From contig CM030337.1 in the NCBI GenBank assembly GCA_017654855.1, forward strand, positions 3,658,001 to 3,722,000: 64,000 bases of DNA, given 5' to 3'. The notes under the pieces were generated by a model that was given only the letters and a program-made list of their open reading frames with translations, did not search any database and was not told the DNA's origin. Origin of the DNA: Podospora anserina. Lineage: Eukaryota. A program made the translations under genes and the position numbers. This document shows positions 36,291 through 50,839 of the stretch, piece by piece. Each line of letters starts with the position of its first letter. The stretch's first letter is position 1.

Positions 36291-37844
36291 GTTGTTGAAC
36301 TGATGTCCGATAGACCAAAGGCGCGAGATGACGAGGTGGGTAGGCTTGAAAGACTCAAAACTCTTCCTTTGTTGATCGTTGCAATGATAATGGGAAAGGA
36401 TGTAGCTTCATGGAGATCCTCGAGGAGACTCAATTGGGCGCGTAAATTACCCAAACGGCCCAGGCCTGAACTCACTACTCCCGGCTCACCGAGGAAAGGG
36501 CTACTTAGAGGCGGGGTGTGCCAGTAGTTCCTGCCTCAACCAACCAGTGGCTCCACATCGAAGCCCTCCAGGGGAAAAGAGCCCTCTATAACCGGCTTAG
36601 AGAGAAAGAATAGCTGGTGAACTTGCTCTGCACAACTTCGACCTGGCTCAGCTGCTCGCCATTTTCCAGCTTCATGATGACAGGTTACACAGGCTGGTAG
36701 TTTGATACGTAGTACAATATAAATGTTTCAGAGAAGTCTGTGTCCCAAAGTCAGCTCTTATCATACTGGGCCGGATGTTCATGTTAAAGGTGGTTGAGAT
36801 GGAATAGGGGTTCAGGGGCTGCACAGCCACACTCAAGCCACACATGGGACGAGCCACAAGCTGACGCAGAAATGGCCCCACCCTCTCCAACAACACACCC
36901 CTTCTGAATGGGAATTATTCTCTCTCCAATATTGCCATGAACCCTTGCGGCCTTGCTGCAGGCACAAGTTGACACCCGACCCCCTGAACTGTTTTAATTT
37001 ACGCATTGCTGGTTCGGAGGATGGTGTTGAATGGCATGGCTGCCAAGGCAGAGAGCAGCATGAAAGTGGATGAGGTCATCGAGGCACGCTCTCACCAATA
37101 CGACCCTGTGTTCCTGCCGGCAAGGGAACTGCCGGCAACCGGGCCAAGGCACGGCCACACTCGACATGTTGTTGCTAGGATCGAGATTTGGACCATGGAA
37201 AGCGGTTCTTGACGAATTCCCATTTGCTGCTGCCCGCGGCCGATGATGTCGTTGCCTCTGGAGCGTTGCTTTCCACTCCAACAGCTGTCAACCTGCTGGA
37301 GTCCCGTTGCACAAACCGCGTTTGCTGACCACCAAGCTTGACCTTGCACCGTGTCCTGGATCTTCACACCTCCAGGCCGTTTTGGACGCCTCCACGCCTC
37401 TAGTGTAGAGTGCCGAGAAACATGGGCAAAAGGAATGGAAAACAATGAAAGCGTAAGAGGGGTTGTTATTTTGCATTTCCTGATTCTTATTCGTATTTCT
37501 GGGCACATTAAAGTAAAGCCCACCCTCTCGTCTTCCCCATGCACCCTCCACAGACTCGGGTTGTGAGCCGCTATGCTTCCCTCTTCTTCACCATTTTCTC
37601 GCCCCATTATATCACTGGAACAACACTTCCAGGAATAGCACACATTCGGCTTCCCGTGCTGTGACCTCATTGCTTGCGTGTGGCTGGTGGCCTTTCCTAC
37701 CCTCCAAACCTGCTAGGTCAAAGTGGCAACACTGGCACCCTTCCTTATCGTTTTGGGCCAGAGGTCGGCGGCGATCGTCATCAGTGGCTTTGCAGCAGGA
37801 CGCAGGAAGACGCAACACGACACTGCAGGACGGCTGCTGTCACC

Positions 37845-40802
37845 ATGGCCGTCGGCCAACTACCGAAGAGCTCTTCGGACCCTGAAATATCCTCGACCCG
37901 CCCCGCCAGGCCCAAGTTCCACCACAGATGCACCAATGATCGAATTCGCGAAGGCTCAGGAACGCCGCCGTTATTCTTCTCCATGACGGGAAAGATTCGA
38001 AAAGATCGCAAGTCGGTGTTTAGGGAGGTTGGCTTGGACACGGAGGAGCCCAACGGTCCCTATTTCAGCGAGCACGAGTTTGGAGAAATCACGGGACTTG
38101 CCTCACCAACAAGCACACATCGACCAGACACCGCGCAGGGAAATACGAGTGACGATGGGAAGGACGATACTGAACAGCGGCAACCACGAGACGAGCGAGA
38201 CGAAGCCGAGTCACCAACATCACCATCACAGAAGCCGTGGTACTCGAGGTTGACGCCCGGTCGACGGCCGAGAGTGAGGACAGCATCAAGTGCGCCGCCT
38301 CCCAGCGTTTCTAGCTTCACGCGACTTTCCACGATTGCACTGCTTATTGCTGTGGTAATTCCTGCGTTTAGTTATTACAAGGGTGCTGAGGAGGTTGCGC
38401 CGCTTGCTGGTGCCGACGCCGGCGTGATCTACTATCGAGATATGAAGCCCGGGCCGATACTCGAGACGAGGGCTGACAGCCCAACCAAAGCGTGCAAGCG
38501 ATGGGCTCATCAGAGTGAGTTGACCGGCTGCCTACTTTGTGTCACAACTTGACAACGCTGACTTTTGAAACAAGCCGCCCAGCTGAACGGGACTCTGTAC
38601 ATCTACGGCGGCCAGGCATCGAATACGCCCGACCAGACGTATGACAACTGGAGTAAGCACCTGTCACTTATCGCACCTTTACCTGTTCCTTGCTCACCTC
38701 TCTGCAGACAACAACCTCCTCGTCCTCGACCTGACCCGCAGCTGGGACATCACCTCCCCCTCCCTCCGCGGCCTCCCCCAGCCCTCCGGTCCCCCCGCAG
38801 TATCCCTAGGCTACCTCTGGAACGACTACAACAACCTCTACCTCTACGGCGGGCAATTCTCAGACAAACCGGTCGCAGACGTCCCTCCGCTTTCCATCTG
38901 GCGCTACTCGATCAAGTCCCAGTCCTGGGACGAGTTCAAAAACCCAAAGACAACCGCGGGGAATTATTCCACCGACGCTGACATCCCCCTTGAGCGCGCC
39001 GCCGAAGGAGCTGGTATCTCTGTGCCTGAGTTGGGGTTGAGTTGGTATTTTGGTGGACATCTAGACAGCCACACCACACCTGGATGGTCGATACATGTGC
39101 CAAGGTTGTACCTGAAGAGTTTGTTGGAGTTTACCCACCCGGGATATGTGAATGACGGGTTGAGGATTGATGGGGCGGGGAGTGAGGGTGCGTTTAGGAA
39201 TATTACCGAGGGAGGGTTGCAGGTGCAGGATGCCTTCTCGGAACGGGGAGATGCGGCGCTGGTGTTTGTGCCAGGCTGGGGAGAGAGGGGGATATTGATT
39301 GGTTTGGCGGGAGGGAAAGTGGGAGGGGACCTGATTGATGATTTGAGGACGCTGGATGTTTTTGACATCGAGACGTCAGAGTGGTATCATCAGGAGACGA
39401 CTGGGGAGGCGCCGAGGGTGAGGGTGAATCTTTGTGCGGTCGTGGCGAGCGCGCCGGATGCGAGTAGCTTTCAGATCTATGTGTATGGTGGTCAAGATCT
39501 TGAGGTGAGGCTTCCCTTTTTCTGCAATCCGAAGAGGCAAACACTGACATCTTGCAGGAAACACAAACTCAGTACAACGACATGTACATCCTCTCCATCC
39601 CCGCCTTCACCTGGATCAAAGCCCCCTCGTTCTCCTCCTCCTCCACCGCGCCCAAAGCCCGCGCCGGCCACACCTGCAACCTCCGCGACGGCCAAATCAT
39701 TGTTCTGGGAGGCTACACCGGCGCCTCCACCCCATGCGAATCCCCTGGCATCTGGGTCTTCAACGCCTCCTCCCTCACCTGGTCTTCCCGCTTCAACTCC
39801 CTCGATCACCCCCCGGACATCTCCCCCGAGAACTCCGTTTTAGGCGCCTCCTACGGGTACACCGTCCCCGACCCCGTAGCAGAAGTAATCGGCGGCTCCC
39901 CCTCCGGCGGCGCAACAGTCTCCCAACCCCTAGTCGGTAAACCCACCGCCGGTCCCTTCGCCACCGGCAAACCCCCCATCTGGACACTCCCAGGTAGCAC
40001 AGCAACCGTAACCGCCTGGGGCCCCGACGCAACCTCCACCGTCCCCCCCGGCTCCGACCCCCAATCTCCCGACAGCAACAACAGCAACAATGACAATGCC
40101 GAATCCCGAAAAGGAGGCCTCATCGCACCAGGCGTCATCGCCGCCCTGGCCGGGCTAGCAGCCCTCTACCTAGGCTACTGCGCCTGGCTGTACCGCCGCC
40201 AGGTAAAAGCCTACCGCTCCCACCTCGCCGTCGCAAACCGCTACTCCGGTCCGGCAGGAGCCTCAACCGGCACCTTTTCCGGCCTGGCGGCCTTCTTCGG
40301 CGGCGGGAGAAAAGGAAGCAAAAAGTCCAACAACAGCGGCAGCAACCACGGAACGGTCGTCACGGAAAAAGAGCGGTACTACCCCTCCAATCGGATGTCT
40401 ACCTCCACGACGGACTCACTTTTTGCGACGTCGTCCGGCGCAGGGGGGGTGGAGCCAAGAACAATGTTTGACGACGACGACGGCGCCCACCACGATCTTG
40501 GGGTACCACAGCGGCCGGGGCAGTGGTGGAGAGATCAGGAGGGTGGTCAGGGGAGTAGCCAGACTGCGGTCAATACTACTGCTTCTGGACCTTCGGGGGC
40601 GTCACCTGGTGATCATATTCAGGACGAGGAGGTTGGGATGGGCAAAAAGGTTGAACGAAGGGGGAGTACGAGCGGGGAAAGCGCCAGTTCGACGGAGCGG
40701 TTGCTCGAGGGGCAGGAGCCGAGCTTTTTCAGCGTGGTGATGAAGCCGAGGAGGGCGTTGAGGGTGGTGAATGGGTTGGAGGGCGAGGTTACGAGCGCTT
40801 GA
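37845..40802 (+). CDS. Kelch-repeat membrane protein
   Basis: ATG 37845; introns at 38515-38574, about 38653-38707 and about 39505-39557. Kelch GG motifs (LYIYGG, LYLYGG, WYFGG, IYVYGG, IIVLGG); TM helices IALLIAVVIPAF and LIAPGVIAALAGLAALYLGY. Confidence 0.85.
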
Positions 40803-41258
40803 GTTGGGTAAAAATGACTGGGTTTCTGTCGTTACTACTTTCTTGTTGGCGAAGTTTGGATACCCCCTTTTTTTCTGGATCGGATGGGAAGCCGTCATTT
40901 ATGTACACGGGAAGAGAAATGATGATTACGAGGCAACGAGAAATATATACGACTAGACTCATCTTGATGTAAATGCAGAGCCTTCAAGGACACTGGACTT
41001 TTCAGATGCTGTGTTGTTACCAAAATGTATGTACATTAAACCGATATATTTCCGTGCGCCGCTTTGTCCCATATTCTGTGGCCGTATGCCTGTGATCCCG
41101 TTTCGGCAAGGGCAGTTGTGGTCCTAGTTAAACTCCTATGCACAGATCCCATGTTTCCCTTGTTATGCATGTCCATCTGGACTTGTGCGCATTTTCAGCG
41201 CTGGTATAATTCGTCATCAACAGCTCAAATCACTCCATTCACCATCCCACCGAGCCCT

Positions 41259-42497
41259 TTAAACCGCCGGCTTCAGCTCCCCATTGCCACCGCCAACAAT
41301 CTCTTGGATCCTATTCTGGATACCACTGATGCAGTCCAAGATAGTATTTGCTTCCCTTACCCGGTCAGCACTCATGAGATGGTTGGCAGCATCGATGCCC
41401 AGAGCCATAACCCTTTGTACATAAGGTGGCATCTTTGGCGCAGCTGCTGGATCCCACTGCGACAGTAACCGCTTGACAAAAGAGTCGTCTTCGCGGAAGT
41501 ACTGCAGCGCCAGCTCTGCGGACGGATCTGTTGGGTGGTACAAGTCAAGATGAGCCCTCTCGTGCAAGCGACGTTCCAGCTCGATGCTCATGGTCACGAA
41601 GGGCTCAAAGAGACTGACAGGTGCCTTGGCATGCTTCCATGAAGCAACGGTGCTGTTCCATGCTACTAAACTCCAAGCATCACCCAGTTGGTTCAATGGG
41701 AGCTCGTTCTTCTTGAGCATAGACTCTACCTGGATGACGGAAGAATAGGCGTCTCGGAGTCCTTCGGTACACGTGTGAGCAGCAATAAAGTGCTTGATAA
41801 GAAGGTCGGAGCATATCCTCGAGTGCATGGTGTTGACAGATGATGCTTGCTTCATCACTCTCTCCAGCCAGATCCACACCATGTCGTCAAGACCCTCGGC
41901 AATCATGAAGCGTAGCAACAGGACGCTGAACTTTTGGTTGCTGAGCCAGGAATAGGTGTTGTGTTGTCCGGAAGCCTTGAGCCATTGGAGGACGAGAAGA
42001 CCGGCGCCGGTGCCTTGTAATGGTACATAGAGTGGTGATTGGCTTAACGTGTTCTTCTCGGCTGTCTTGAAGATTTTGAGGAGGAATCCATGGGCTCGTG
42101 GAATTGTCATGAGGCCCTTTGCCACAGCTTGTTGAAAAACCTCCTTGTCATGGTCGTATGGAGAGCCTATCCCCGGTGTTCGACATGGTGATGACGCTTG
42201 GTTGAGCAAAGGGTTGTTGAGGATGGAGTGCAGATGGACATCGGTAGGTCGGTGGGGAACGTCGGGCTTCTCAGCTGAGGAGGCAGAAGCTGAAGTCAGG
42301 GTTGTTGATGCTTTCGGGCCGGATAGGGGGTTAGGTGAAGGGCCATGCTGCCTGTCCAACTCGCTGCGAAAGGAGGTTTTGAGGGCATCGAGGAGGCGCT
42401 GGGAATCGCGTTTGCTGAGGGGCAGCGGTTGATGGATTGGGGGCACCAAGCTAGATATCGTCTTGGAGACGGCCTGCCACCCCTTTGCTTTGGACAT
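41259..42497 (-). CDS. Fungal hypothetical protein, possibly mitochondrial and helical
   Basis: Single-exon 412-aa ORF from ATG; basic N-terminus followed by IHQPLPLSKRDSQRLLDALKTSFR. Confidence 0.7.
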   Translation of the reverse strand: MSKAKGWQAVSKTISSLVPPIHQPLPLSKRDSQRLLDALKTSFRSELDRQHGPSPNPLSGPKASTTLTSASASSAEKPDVPHRPTDVHLHSILNNPLLNQASSPCRTPGIGSPYDHDKEVFQQAVAKGLMTIPRAHGFLLKIFKTAEKNTLSQSPLYVPLQGTGAGLLVLQWLKASGQHNTYSWLSNQKFSVLLLRFMIAEGLDDMVWIWLERVMKQASSVNTMHSRICSDLLIKHFIAAHTCTEGLRDAYSSVIQVESMLKKNELPLNQLGDAWSLVAWNSTVASWKHAKAPVSLFEPFVTMSIELERRLHERAHLDLYHPTDPSAELALQYFREDDSFVKRLLSQWDPAAAPKMPPYVQRVMALGIDAANHLMSADRVREANTILDCISGIQNRIQEIVGGGNGELKPAV

Positions 42498-43919
42498 TTT
42501 GTGGCTGGTTGACTGTCGGGAAGGGTGATTGTATCTAGGTGATCACGGGTGACGAGCTCAAGCTTGGACTCCTTGGTGTTGACTTGCTTGACGTGAGCTG
42601 ATGACGGTTCAACCCCACACCAGCCAGCTGAGGTCCATATTTCATGACCAATCAGAAAAGAGACAATGTTCCCACTCTGTGCGCAGTAATGCCAAGGCGA
42701 TGCTATCTTATCAGTTCCGGCATCCCCTCTGTCACGTGCCACTTTCCCGACTCTAAAGCTCTTAAGCAAACATCTGTCAAGAGGTGAAACTCGACCGACG
42801 AGTCGTACTCTTCTCCCTGGCTGGTGTGAAAGTTGAGCCTCTCCGCAGCTTTAAGGCTGGTGCCCGTTACATGCTACCGGCCACCGGTCCCCATAGTAGC
42901 TTTTCTGAATCAAGACAAGCGACAAGACCATTCACAGCCGGAAGCAGCCGTGCTTCGTGGAGTTCAGTAGGGACGACGCTGATTGCCCAGATCATCCTCC
43001 TGCAAACAGTGGCTGGTGCCCCTCCACCAAACGCCGGTTTCGGGCATCAACGGTGTGCCAGAATATGGAGAAATTCCATAGCATTTGGCATTTCCACCGC
43101 GACAGCACAATCAAGAAGATAAACATTGATATGTATTCTGTATCATCGACATCAGGGTTACCTATGTATGTGATGTGCACCCAACAGCTTGACGCTATGC
43201 CGTGTTGGGGATCGTACCTGGCCAGAGCCCTGACGTCGTCTGGTTCCAGGGTCCTTGATTGGAGAGGGCGGCATCTCGTCCATTCTGGGGAGGCTGCAGC
43301 TGAATTGCTGCATTTTCCTGCATACCACAGCCCTTCTTGCCCTCCCAGCCCTCTCTGTCGGGGTTGCTTTTGCCCCTTTTCCTTTGTTTGACAAGCCGGT
43401 TGGTTACCTTTTGCCCCAGACTTGGGGTCTCTCCTGATCAGACTAAGTCGGGTGATCAGGTGCCTCTCCAAAGAGGCAAAACCCCATCTTTCACTCAGCT
43501 CTGAATCATTGTGGTGAGCAAAGCGGTGGGGTCCCCCAGTTGTCTCCAGTTGTCTCCAGTTGCAGCAAAGGGCACCGATCCCAAGGAATTCCTCGTGACA
43601 GATGCGTTGTTGTGTTTATGCCTAGACTTGGGTTGGTTAAGAGAGGTACCTGACCAGGTACCTTACCTTGGGAAAGGTATGGCGGGGGAGGGGATGCCCT
43701 GTGCAAAGTCCAGAGGGATACGTACAATGGAAAGGAGCTGTAAACAGGATCCGGGAAAAGGAATCAAATCTAGAGGGAAGGAAAAATGAGAAATATATCT
43801 TGGACCATCCATATCTACAAAGTGAAACAATGACTTCGAGGCTGCCCTGGCGTGTTTGGTGCCCTGAGGTTGGGGGCTGCTTGGTTGCATTGGGACGCGG
43901 TGAATGGTGGGTTTTTAGG

Positions 43920-43958
43920 TGCTGGCTGCTGGCTGCTGGCTGCTGGCTGCTGGCTGGC
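43920..43958 (+). repeat. (GCTGGCT)n short tandem repeat upstream of def1
   Basis: gctggctgctggctgctggctgctggctgctggctggct. Confidence 0.75.
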
Positions 43959-44358
43959 TCTGTTGCTGGGTGTGGGTGGTCACTGCTTTCGCAGGTGCAC
44001 TTTGTGAGCGGACCAATTCTGAATCGACAAAATCTGGCCCAGGGTGTGTGTGTCTGTCTTTGCCTCGCTTCCCTTCGACAATCCGCACTTGGCTCTCCTG
44101 CCACTTCCTACCGACAACATCGGCTCGATCTCATCTTCCCGGATCGCATCTCGATTCGATTCGACTCTCCCCCAACCCCCGACCGCTTTTTGACCAACGA
44201 CCTGACTATCGTCGACTCGACCCCCCATTTTGCCCCGACGTCTTGTCCCTCGCACAGTCAAAACCACTCTTCTCAGTGATTTGAACCGGGCTGCCGCTGG
44301 TGACGCGACCCGTCGCCAAATTTCTTCCAACCACCACACCACATTCACACTCTCAGCA

Positions 44359-47300
44359 ATGTCTGAGGTACAGAGCAGGCCATCTGCCCCGCGCGGCAGG
44401 GGCTCCGCCCGCGGCGGTCGCGGCGGCTTCTCAACTCGGGGAGGAGGTCGCACCGCTGCCCGTTCTGCTGGTACTAATGGCACCACGCAACACGACACAG
44501 AATCATCTTCGCCAGCCCTGGAGGACGAGGGCGAGATTAGCGAACTCCGCAAGCTCTACGGCCAGCACATTGTCAACATCAAGAACATCGTGTCCGACTG
44601 GACCGATGCTGATATCCTCTACGCTCTCCGCGAGACGGACGGCGACCCGGATGAGGCTGCCTTCAAGATTCTGGACGGTAAGCTGACAATGGTTCTGCTG
44701 ATGCCTTTCCCCTTACTAACGCTGTTCTGATTTCGCTAGGCACTTTCTCCAAGTGGAACGAGGTTTCGAAGCCCGTGAAGACCAAGGCTAAGAATGACAC
44801 ATTCACCACAACGACTGCCGATTCTGGCGCTGCCGGCGGCCTACGGAACGCAAGAGGTGGCCGTGTCGAAGGTGGCCGTGGTCGTGGCAGAGCGACCGAG
44901 CGCGGCGGTCGTGGAGGCGGTCGCGGAAAGTCGATCCACCCTTCGACCAACGGTCCCCGTGTCAAGGAGAACCAGCCTCTCTCTGTCCCAACTGAGGAAT
45001 CTAACGAATGGGATACCTCTGCCCCGACTGCCGAATCTAACGAATGGACCGAGTCCACCCCCGCCGAATCTGCTCCTGCTCCCGCCGCCGTTGAACCTAC
45101 CCCTGCCGCTGCCCCCGCAAAGCCCTCTACCGATGCCCCAAAGACATGGGCCAGCATGTTGAGACAGTCGACCACTCCTAAGCCTGCCCCTAAGCCTAAG
45201 GAAGTACCTGCTCCCCCTCCCGCCGAACCTACTCCCGTCATTGAGCCACTTCCCCCCGCTCCCGCCGAGCCCGAGGCCGTACCCGAGCCCGAGATTGCTG
45301 CGCCAGTCGAAGAGAAGGAAGAGCCTGTTCCCGAACCTGTCCAGGAGGAGCAGCCCGCTGTTGTTGTTCCTGTCATTGAGCCAGTCATTCCTGTTGTTCC
45401 CGTCGTACCCGCTGTTGCCATTCCCGAAGTTGCCTTGTCACCTTCCAAGGACGCGCTTACGGATGAGAACCTCGACAAGGTCCCTGGCACAACCGAGCCC
45501 CCAGCGACCGAGACCGCGAGAAGTGAAGCTGCCGACTCTTGGGATCCCAGAGCCGCTGGCAGCGCTACAGCAACTCCCTTGTCTGCTTCCCAGCAACAGC
45601 ACCAGGCCGAGCGCACTCCCAGCAGTGGCTTCGCCGCGACTGCGACCAAGGCGACAACTCGCACCCCAGCTTTCCCCCGTCGTGTTTTGGATCAGCTCGA
45701 GGCCGTTCGCATGCCCGGCAACCGTGCCGAGGTCGAACGTACTACTGTCCAGTTTGGTGCTTTCAGCCTGAATGGTGGCATTGAGGACGACATTGATGGC
45801 GATCGTGAAGAGCCTGAGACCCGTCCCCAGCCCCCCCAGGATTCTCCTGTTGCCCAACCCAGAGCTTCGCTTCCCCCTGTTCAGCCCCCAGCGGCTCCAG
45901 AGAGCTTCCCTACCCCTACCCAGAAGCCTGTTTCCCAGGTTCCAACAGGTCCTGCTGGTATGGCTTCTCAGACTTCCCCTGCTGTCTTGTCTTGGTTACT
46001 TGCTGACACAAATCTAGCCGCTGCTCCTGCCGCGGTCCCTGCCATCACCCCAGTTGCCGCCCCAGGTATGCCCATCTCACTTGCATCACAGACGAGGAAC
46101 ATGTTTCTAACCGACATAAACAACACAGCTCCCCAGCCGACCGCGCAACACAACCAGCAGCAGTATGGTCGCTTTGGCCAACAGACTGCCGCTCAAGAGC
46201 ACAGCTCCTTCCCTCCCTCGAAGCCTTTCGATTCGTTCGGTCAGCAGCAGCCCGCCGCTGCCTCCACTCAATCGCAGTTCGAGGGCGGCTTCCAAGGGCA
46301 GACGCAGCCTGCTGCCCAAACCCAGAACCAGCAGCAAGCGTTTAGCTCTGCTCCCAACGATTATCCATCTTACTACACATCTGGCGACCAAAGAGGTTTC
46401 TATGGTGGCTATAACTACAACCAACAGCAGGGCTCTCAGGACGGCCCCTCTTCGCAAGCCCAGCGTTTCGGTGGATATGGCACCACCCAGACTGATAACA
46501 TCAGCCAGTACCCCCAGAGCGGTGCCCAACACGGCCAATCCCGCTTCGGTTCTGGCTCCGCTCCCTCTGCGGAAACACCAACCACTACGGCTCCTGCTAC
46601 GTCGGCGTCGTCGGCTCTTCCCCAGGCCGGCCAGACTAGCCAGACTCAACATGGTCAGCAGCCTCAGCCCGATCAATATCCCTACCACCCTTACTCCAAC
46701 AGCCCTTACTATGGTGGGTACATGGGCGGATATGGACAGTACGGTCAGGGCGGCTATGCTCCCTACGGCAAGGGCAATGTGGGATATCAGCCCAACCAAT
46801 ACGGTGTTGCGTCGCAGGGACCTTATGGCTACTCCAACCCTAGCGCTGGCTTTGGCCAGTCTGCTCTTCACCGGGAGACCGGTGGCGCTGCTGCGGGCGC
46901 TGGTGCTGGTCTTGGCGATTACGGTCGTGCGGGATCTCAGTCGGCTCAGCAGCAATCTGGATTTGGTGGCATGCATGATGCCTTCAGCCGCGGTGCTTCT
47001 GGCTACCAGTCCCAGGCTGCGTCGTTCAACGCTCCCGGCACTCAGCCCGGCGCTGTCCCCTCTGCTGTCGACGACATTAAGTCCTTCGGAGATGCCAAGG
47101 GCGCTGCCGGACCCAGCCCCTCTCTCGGCGTCGCTGCCCGACCCGGCTCCGCGGCGAACAACGGCCCATCTCAGTCTGGGCTTCCTCCTCCGCAATCTGC
47201 CCAGCAGACCAACCTGGGCGGTATGGGTCAATACGGCTATCCCGGTCACATGCAGCAGGGCCATGCTGGCCTCCACGGCAGCCACACGGCCGCTGGTGGC

Positions 47301-47429
47301 TACGGCATGAGCGCGACTGGCGGACAGAGCCAGCAGAGCTCGTACGGCTATGGTAACCAGGGCTTCGGCGGCGGTTACTACGGCGGAAACTCTCAGCCCC
47401 GTGGTTGGGGTAACAACTACCACCACTAA
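44359..47429 (+). CDS. def1: RNA polymerase II degradation factor Def1 (CUE domain, Q/G/Y prion-like C-terminus)
   Basis: MSEVQSRPSAPRGRGSARGGRGG; CUE-like DWTDADILYALRETDGD; intron 44678-44739; probable introns 45958-46017 and 46066-46128; RRVLDQLEAVRMPG motif. Confidence 0.85.
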
Positions 47430-47874
47430 ATTGGAGGGTAGAGAGAGAAGCGTTATCTGAGTTAGCAGAGGATGAGATGATGACCCTTTTTTCATGGTGT
47501 CCCATGTGTTATTACTGTCTTTGTTGCTGTCGTCGGGGCGTTTGAGATATTCAACGGGAACCGGGTGGGGGGGTTGGCAACGCAAAAAAAAGAGGGAATA
47601 TTGATGTTTTTATGCCGGGGCTCCCAGGGGGGAGGGGGTTAAACTGCGGAAATATTCATGGCCTTTTCTGTTTTTTTTTTCTCTGCATTCTTTCCGCTGA
47701 AGGGAAAGAGGGGGGGAGCACTCGAAGCAAAAAGCACACATCCACATTTTTCTCTAAAAAAAAAGTTTCGTAGGCGAAATTGACGATGAGTTTGCCTTTT
47801 TATGTATCTCCTGTCGAGGGCCTTGCGGTATTCTTTTTTTTTTCCTTTGCCAATGTTTTCTTACCTCTGATTAT

Positions 47875-47925
47875 CGTTGTTGTTGTTGTTGTTGTTGTTG
47901 TGGTGGTGGTGGTGGTGGTGGTGGT
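47875..47925 (+). repeat. Compound microsatellite (GTT)n(GTG)n
   Basis: gttgttgtt...gtggtggtg run downstream of def1. Confidence 0.85.
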
Positions 47926-49078
47926 ATGGGATTTTCTCTCTTACTCTTCTCTTCATTTGACATGAGATGAAATGACAAGAAAACCAAAGGGCATGAGACT
48001 GGGCGGGCGGGCAGGTAATGAGTGCATTTGGGCGCTTTTGCTTTTTGGGGGTGGGTGGTGGTGGGCGGAAAGGGGGGTCATCAAAAATTGATTATTGTTG
48101 CCATGCTTGCTGTTCGTTTGTGCGTGTGTGCTGTTGATGCTTTGCGTGTGCTTGACGGACGGCCTCGAGTTTGGCATGTTTTGATGTTTGTCCTGGGGCT
48201 GTGAATGTTGTCTGTTTCCCTGACAGGTATAACAGATAGGTAGGCAGGGAACAAAAGGCCACAAGTCCTGGCGACTACCTCTGATGCTTTTGAGCAACGC
48301 TTTTTTTCTCACGCTGGACTAGGTGCCCACCGAGGCCTTTTCACATGTATGTGCACAGCAACACGGTTGTATCTCAACGGTCACACTCGTCAGACAACGT
48401 CAACCAACAAGAAAATCCTTTCAACTCTACCTAAGGTACCTTTTGTTCCTTTTTTTTCCCTTCTGGCCAGTTAGTACATGTGATGTCATGAAGGCCGACA
48501 TCCACGGTTCACAGCCACGTTCCCAGCAGACAGGATAGGACACCCCTTCGTCAGTTTGGTGGCACCAGCCACAGGAAAATTCTCATAAAGGCCTAATGTT
48601 CTTGCTGTTGTTACATGTTACATGTGATAAGACGAAGATGACGTATCCCTCGCAACGCCATATTCAGAGCAAAGAAAATAGGATAGACACTCGCGCCAAA
48701 TGAAAAGAGGCCATCAAGTCCATGTATGTGTACCCCGGATCTCATTAGAACCCGATCAGGGACAGCCTTGTCCCCCTCGCCTCATAAGGCTAGCTAAGCC
48801 GGCCATCCGTCTCAGCCTCGCCACGATATCCCTCCCCCATCCTATCCCGCGCCTGTCCCTTGACAGTCACATCAAAACACGGAACAACCCAGAATTTATT
48901 TTATGATCTGTATCATCATAATCATGTCATTTATCCCTACCAAAACAAGACTACCTTCTGGTTGTTGCATCTATAGTCAATCCCAGGACCAGTCGCCGAC
49001 CATCCATCCACCCAATACCAAAAGTCTTTCCTCCCAATCAACCCCATTTTACAACCTCCCCTTCACCCTCTCCTCAAG

Positions 49079-50839
<1,761 letters not shown>

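Noticed and set aside
46107-47585. 492-aa antisense ORF over def1, and similar ones at 6924-8084, 44663-45664, 49259-50050, 52248-53567 and 60322-61269
   Set aside because: Shadow ORFs produced by biased codon usage or repeats of well-supported genes on the opposite strand.
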